From NCBI GenBank assembly GCA_965153355.1, contig OZ231126.1, forward strand, positions 22,196,001 to 22,260,000: 64,000 nucleotides of DNA, given 5' to 3'. Source of the stretch: Flaccisagitta enflata. Lineage: Eukaryota. The notes under the pieces were generated by a model. It worked only from the letters and a program-made list of their open reading frames with translations, did no database searches and was not told where the DNA came from. This document shows positions 58,101-64,000 of the stretch, piece after piece. The position numbers and the translations under genes were made by a program. The first letter of the stretch is position 1, and each line of letters opens with the position of its first letter.

Positions 58101-61100
58101 TCGCGTGGGCCAAAGTAGCCTCTCAGTTCACTGGGAAGTGAGCGGGCGACCGCAAAAGCCAGCTGTGATGTGACCAGCCATGCATTTGATCGTGAAAACC
58201 AGTGAATCAAACAGCTGGTGAAAAAAAGAAATAAGGATGGAGTGACCCGGTTAACTGTTTCTTGGTGACGAATGAGACAGTGGTGAAGAATTTAACAATT
58301 TATGCCGCGCTACCTCTTAGCTGGATCACCATTTCAACGGTTCTTAAGGAAAAGTAGAGGAACATGGTGGCATTGATATTATAGCGCCAGCAGATTTGGT
58401 TATTATGTCGGAATGCAATCGAAGACAAAATTTGATCAGTCAGCCGAACTGTAATGTATTATATTATTGGGCGCGTGACTCATCAATAAAAGCAATAATC
58501 GATTTATGTAAAACTATTTTACGGTAAAAACCATTTTGTCAAAAACGTGAATAGCAGGATGAGACAGAAAAAAGGATTTTCAAGCAGGTGCACTCTGACC
58601 ATAACAAGACAAAATTGTAACTTTGCGTAGGAATCAAAATTGTCGTTTTCAAAAACATGGCAATCTTTAAGATTCATAAGATAAAACCGTAATGTTTAAA
58701 TGCAAATTTTGCATTCAGAAAACAGAACAATTTTGCAACCTTTCTGTTTTCTCTCATTTAAGAGAGTATAACGACATTAGTGTTTAGTCTTTATAGTATG
58801 CAATAAACTTTTTATATTGTGATTATATATTAATATTTCTAAAAAATCAGTATAATTTTTTATTACAAACATTACTACATGGATAACTATATGTATCAGT
58901 TTAATGTAAATGAAATCAATTTAATGTCGTTACGCGACAGATGTTAAAGGTGGCACAAAATAGTGGATGAAGCAATAAACAAAGCTAATCCCGAACATGG
59001 CAGTATAAGCGCTCGGGTGAAAGGAAAGACGGCGTGTGTTATAACAGCAGACGTATGTGGTATAACAGCTGACGGCATTGGTAGATGGGAAGAGCGTGTT
59101 CTGACATTGGCATGGGTTATTGTTGTGATGTTCTGATGAGAAAAATAAAGTGTTTATAATCTTCCCAACTGTCAGAGACCAACAAGAAGAAGAAGGAGTG
59201 AAAGATGAGACGTGAGCACCACAATGACTGACAGCAGCATTATAACAGTCATCAGAGATCGCATATGGTAGCAGTACTAATGCCTGCTGATGGCAGCAAT
59301 AGGAGTAAGATAATTATTTGGAAAAACCGTTAGGTGATAAATATGTAGATATGGTAATTTCTGAATGTAAAAACTGAAAAAATCGATTTCTCCCGCTGCT
59401 AACCACTTCGCTCAAGCTCCTATCCTTTAAAATGTTGAAGTATTTTCATGGGTAATCACTCTGGCTGGAAGGGTAACTGAAAAGCTTATATCTGAAACGA
59501 AGTGAAGTAGTGACATCTTGGACTCATTTGAGACGGCGCAATGTGAGCCTAAGCGCGATATGTAACACCTTCGTTTGGAGCAGCAGGCACACCAAGAAGT
59601 TGATGTTGTTTCGAGTGTGCGCTCGCCATTGCTCGGTCACTTCGCGCAAATACCCACGCAAGTGCGTTAAAGCAGCAGGCATTATCCCATAACTAATCAT
59701 TTTTTATTACTGTAGTGTTGAGTATTGAAATGGCACTTTTTTAGTCAACGATATATTTCCTGTGTGTCTGCTCGTCAGCTCTGTAAAAATATTTTAATTT
59801 TTAACTGGAATAATTTGGTATTAAAAATTTACAAATATTTTAGAATTATTTAAGGTATCAATCTGGATTGGGAAAGTATTAGCTTTTACCCTCAGATGCT
59901 CTTCTCAGACCTGAATTGATTTTCTACTCTTTTAGTACTATGTTTGACGTTTTTTTTGTGTCAAAATTTTCATTGGTCTGTGTCAAATAGTTTTGTCCAC
60001 AACATCAATTTGAAGTAAAACAAGTATTTGTGGCTGAAGCTCAATTTATCCTGTTTTCATCAAAACTATTTTCCCTCATTTTTGATCAGTTTGAGCTGCA
60101 AATGCTAAAATGGTCTCAACAAAAAGATGTTTTTTTTAAAATCCATTACAATATCTTCAACCGAGACAAATCTGACATTTGCTGCTCAATCCAATGAAAA
60201 ATAAGAGCAAATCCAAGAAAAACAGTTTTGGTAAACTAAGGCTAATTTGAGCTATATCTGAAAAGGAAACATTTTTCTTCAAATTAATGTTAATGGACAA
60301 AGTATTAACATGAACTTATAAATTGGATACAAAAGGAAACGTCCAAACCTAGTACTAAAAAAATGATTTCCGAAGCCAGTGAGGAAAAGCGGCTGAAGAT
60401 AAAAGCAACACCGGTCAGATTGTTATTGACTCAGGTGCTCTAGGTAAGAAATTACTTCGAAATGACTAAGTAATTTAAATTATAAGTATAAATTACTGTT
60501 TAACCATAAAAACTAATTTTCATTCTTAGTTTCTTGAAGTTCTGCATATGGCTGGTGAATGCAAATTTAGTTGCCGCAACTCTGGCAGGCTGTCCTCGAT
60601 GTGTAGTTCCTGAAATCAAAAATAAGCGTTCACGGCATGGTTATAGGCAGCTTGGCCAGGGCAGTCTGTTGTGTGGTGTGGGTGTATGTGTGGGGTGTTG
60701 TATATGTGATAGTGGAAGCATGGGGTATGAGATGTGCCTGCCCCAATAAGTGAATGGCCAATAGGCACAAAACCCAACACCCAGGCTCAAAATCCCGATC
60801 TCGAGACTTCAAGATCAGCTCAGGCTCAGTGGCCAAGAATCAAAATCAGACAGAGCTCATGTCTAACATCAAAACTGTGGCATAACACACTGGCCCAGAT
60901 ATTACCTATCAAGGAGGAATTGCTTGTCTCAACGATGCCACCCTAGTCACCTGTCACCAGCGCTGGGCGCTGCCCTGCTCACCCTGTACATGCTACAACT
61001 AAGCTGGCTGGGTAAGGCTGGATTGAGCCCCAAGGCTGGGGACAGATGTGGAATTAAAGCCAAACATTGGCAGTGTTTTGAGCCATTGGGCGAGGGTTAA

Positions 61101-62217
61101 TTTTCAGACTAGTTTAATTGGCTGAATAGCCTCAATAGAATTGGCCTCAGGCTGGGACCTAAGCTACTCTGGAGGCAGATCTGGCCTATAGGCAGGAGTG
61201 GTGCCGGGATGAGACAGATGGACAAGATGGTAAAGCCTGCCCCATTCTACGAGACATGTCACTGAGGCCACTATAAAAAACCACTGACAACCACATGGCT
61301 GCCTGATAGAGAAGAAAAAAGTAACCAAAATAGTCATTTCTTATATCTTTAAAAGACCCGGATAAAGCAATCAGTTATGAAAGTATTGGCAGGAAATGTG
61401 TCTAAATCACTCTGCAATTCAAAAATGCCCAGACAGATGGGCAACTGACAGACCTGTTCAGCTCAGCTGGAAGTACAATCAATGTCACTGACTAAAAATA
61501 TTTTAACTAAAATAACAAAAATATTTTTCCTCTGAACTCTGGCAAGTATATTTATCTATGAAAAAAATTTGCATTCATTTTAGTATGATGTGAGAACTCG
61601 ATGGCACAGTAAGATAACTCTGTGAATTTCCACTTCTTACAGAAAAGAGACCTGTCCTCACTGAAAGCTTCACAGATATCTCAGCGTATATCAATAATAT
61701 ATCGATATGTTGATGTAATACCAATACATGCGCAGCTGGAAAGAACAAAAGAAGTGGGGAGTGGAAGGTGGAAGGGTAAAGGAAGAGCGAAGGCGAATGA
61801 AGGGGAAGAAGAAAGGAGGATGTATGCAATGGTGTGTTTTACTGTGAAAGCAGCACATTTGTTCGGCCTGTTGAAACTATTGTTAACAAAATGTGCAAAA
61901 AACAGGCGATGCAATTTTGATAAATGGCGTGAGGCCATGGTGAGTCACCGGATCATTGGGCAAGGCAGTAAAGACAAAACATAAGCAAAAAAAAAGCAAA
62001 TTAACGACGAGATGAACCAGCGAACAGATCTCAGCGAACCGGCAGACGAACTGACACAGATGAACCAGACGGTGGACCGACGGACGAACACCGGCCGATA
62101 TGAACGTGGACGAACCAGCAAACGGAGTGTAAATCGCGTAACGCGGCGACTAAATGTTCATGCGCTATAAATTTTTTCAGAAAGGCCCTTAACGTTTTAT
62201 TTTCTGTGTTTATTTGG

Positions 62218-62251
<34 letters not shown>

Positions 62252-64000
62252 CTGTGTACAGTAATGTGTGTGTGTGTGTCTTCAAATGAGTGTCAAACTT
62301 TTGGATTCGAGTAGAACATTTTGAATGGATAAAAAACTAACTTCCATTCCCAAAAACCGACCGCGAAACTCAAGTCGGCGCAATCCATGGCGAATAAAAA
62401 AATTCAGCTCAAGTAGGTAGCTATGTCGTATCACTTCGTCGCCGGAGCAGCCATTGCATGGTATGGTGAAAAATGTAAATGTGATCGCGACGGTCGCAGT
62501 TAGGAACTGGAGGCGAAATAGATAGCGACTTGAGATCGTCATTTTGCAAGTTTCAAAATATTGCAACCACAAGCATTATCACCTTTTACAGTTTTTCAAA
62601 AGTCATATTTTACTCCCTCTACTGAACAAGTAGACTGTAGGACACAGGGGTGAATTTCCATACGTCCTGAAAGGGCAAATTGGAGGCCTTAGTAGCAATT
62701 TTCCATGATATTCAATGGAAATTTTGCATTTTTATAGATTTTTTGCCAATTTGCCATGTTATTCAATAGGAATTTTACATTTTTCTTAGTTTTCATCAAT
62801 TTTCCTGTTATTCAATGGGAAACATGCATTTCTTTGCTTGTTTGTACATTTTCCATGTTATTCAATAGGAAGTTTGCATTTTGACAATTTCCCATGTTAT
62901 CCGATGGGACTGCAGAATTGAGGCATTGATGGTCTATGGGGGGGGACGGACGAAAGGACGGAAGGACGGACGGAAGGACGGACCGACGGACGTATGGAAA
63001 TTCACCCCTGTGTCCTACAGGACATCGGCCTTTTGGGGTCGCTGCCCAAAAAGGATAGTGACGCGACAAAGAGAAAGGGAGAAATGATTTGGAGTAACAT
63101 TAAAGAGGTCATGGGGCCTAACATGAGGCCTGAGAGGGCTATTTTGAGGGTGAAGAGGGCCAAAATCAGGCCTGAGAGTGCTGATTTGAGGCCCGGATGG
63201 TCAAAGGGGGGAGATGGACGGATGGAAGGAGGGACATCTGGAAATTCACCCCTGTGTCTTACAGGACAACGGCCCTTTGGGGCCGCGGCTTAAAAAAGTA
63301 TTTCAGAATTTGCAGAAGACATAGAGGGCAAATGATTTACCTTAGTACAACTTTGTTGGTAAGTGAATGCTATGGAGGATGCTTAAAATATTTCGATGAC
63401 AGTCATGAATACTGAATATGAATCAAAAAGGAAAAATGTGGGATGGCTTGTACGATTACTCTAAGTCATAAATGCGTGAATGTACCTTCTTTATGAAAAT
63501 CCTCCAAAAGAACGCAAAAATAGGCAAACTGGGTTCAGCGACCTTGTTTTTTTTCTCCTATTTTCATTTGCAACGACGGCTTTCCGTTTTTGCCCTTGAA
63601 AAAAATCTTTTAGAAAGAAAGTGTGTTCACATGTGACTGAGACAGTTGCGTATGAATTGGCTGGAGCAATATCTTCTTAGAAAAAAAGTTGTTCATCCCA
63701 AAAACCTTTGGTGAACACTGCTCCCAAATAATCAGATTGGTCTCAAATGAAAAAAGCTATTCAAGAAGCTACTAGTCTGGGATCTGTGGCTTAATTCATT
63801 TAGGAGCGCCAAGGTTTTTTTAGAATGAACCATTTCTTTTCAGTGGTACACTAATATTTTCATATTTGGTCCAATCTTGCTCTATCACAAATGGATGTAC
63901 ACATTATTCCACTTTTTGGACGGAACTACCTGTGAGTGTTCTATCCTACCTCCTGTGGACAGCATCGCTTTCACACGACTTTAAAAGGGGTCCCCCAAAA

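Noticed and set aside
57020..62600. Unique-looking sequence and ORFs in the right arm
   Set aside because: They are degraded mirror images of 46800-53750 and probably base-calling noise, so they were not annotated separately.

Overview
Eukaryotic (animal-like, probably invertebrate) AT-rich, repeat-saturated DNA. I see no prokaryotic operons, rRNA, tRNA or CRISPR. The only well-supported protein-coding sequence is a C2H2 zinc-finger array on the minus strand (13 intact fingers, 8818-9997). A non-autonomous Helentron-like element (HINE/DINE-1-type) has inserted inside one finger, and the fingers upstream of it are frameshifted. The rest is microsatellites, more than 25 HINE-like elements from several families, TIR MITEs with readable target-site duplications (TA, TAA, 4-bp, 8-bp), multi-level nested insertions, a 55-bp minisatellite and exon-like relics of probable pseudogenes. 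Two large fold-backs dominate the structure. One is 2.8 kb (30060-32880) and embedded in a (CT)n tract. The other is over 18 kb, centred at about 55430 and running off the window end; its right arm alternates near-perfect and garbled, deletion-biased blocks, which is most consistent with a long-read fold-back assembly artefact. I cannot support a new functional system. The best biological leads are the interrupted ZNF gene, the filled/empty-site pairs and the 2.8-kb fold-back. Almost all ORF-track entries are microsatellite or repeat artefacts.
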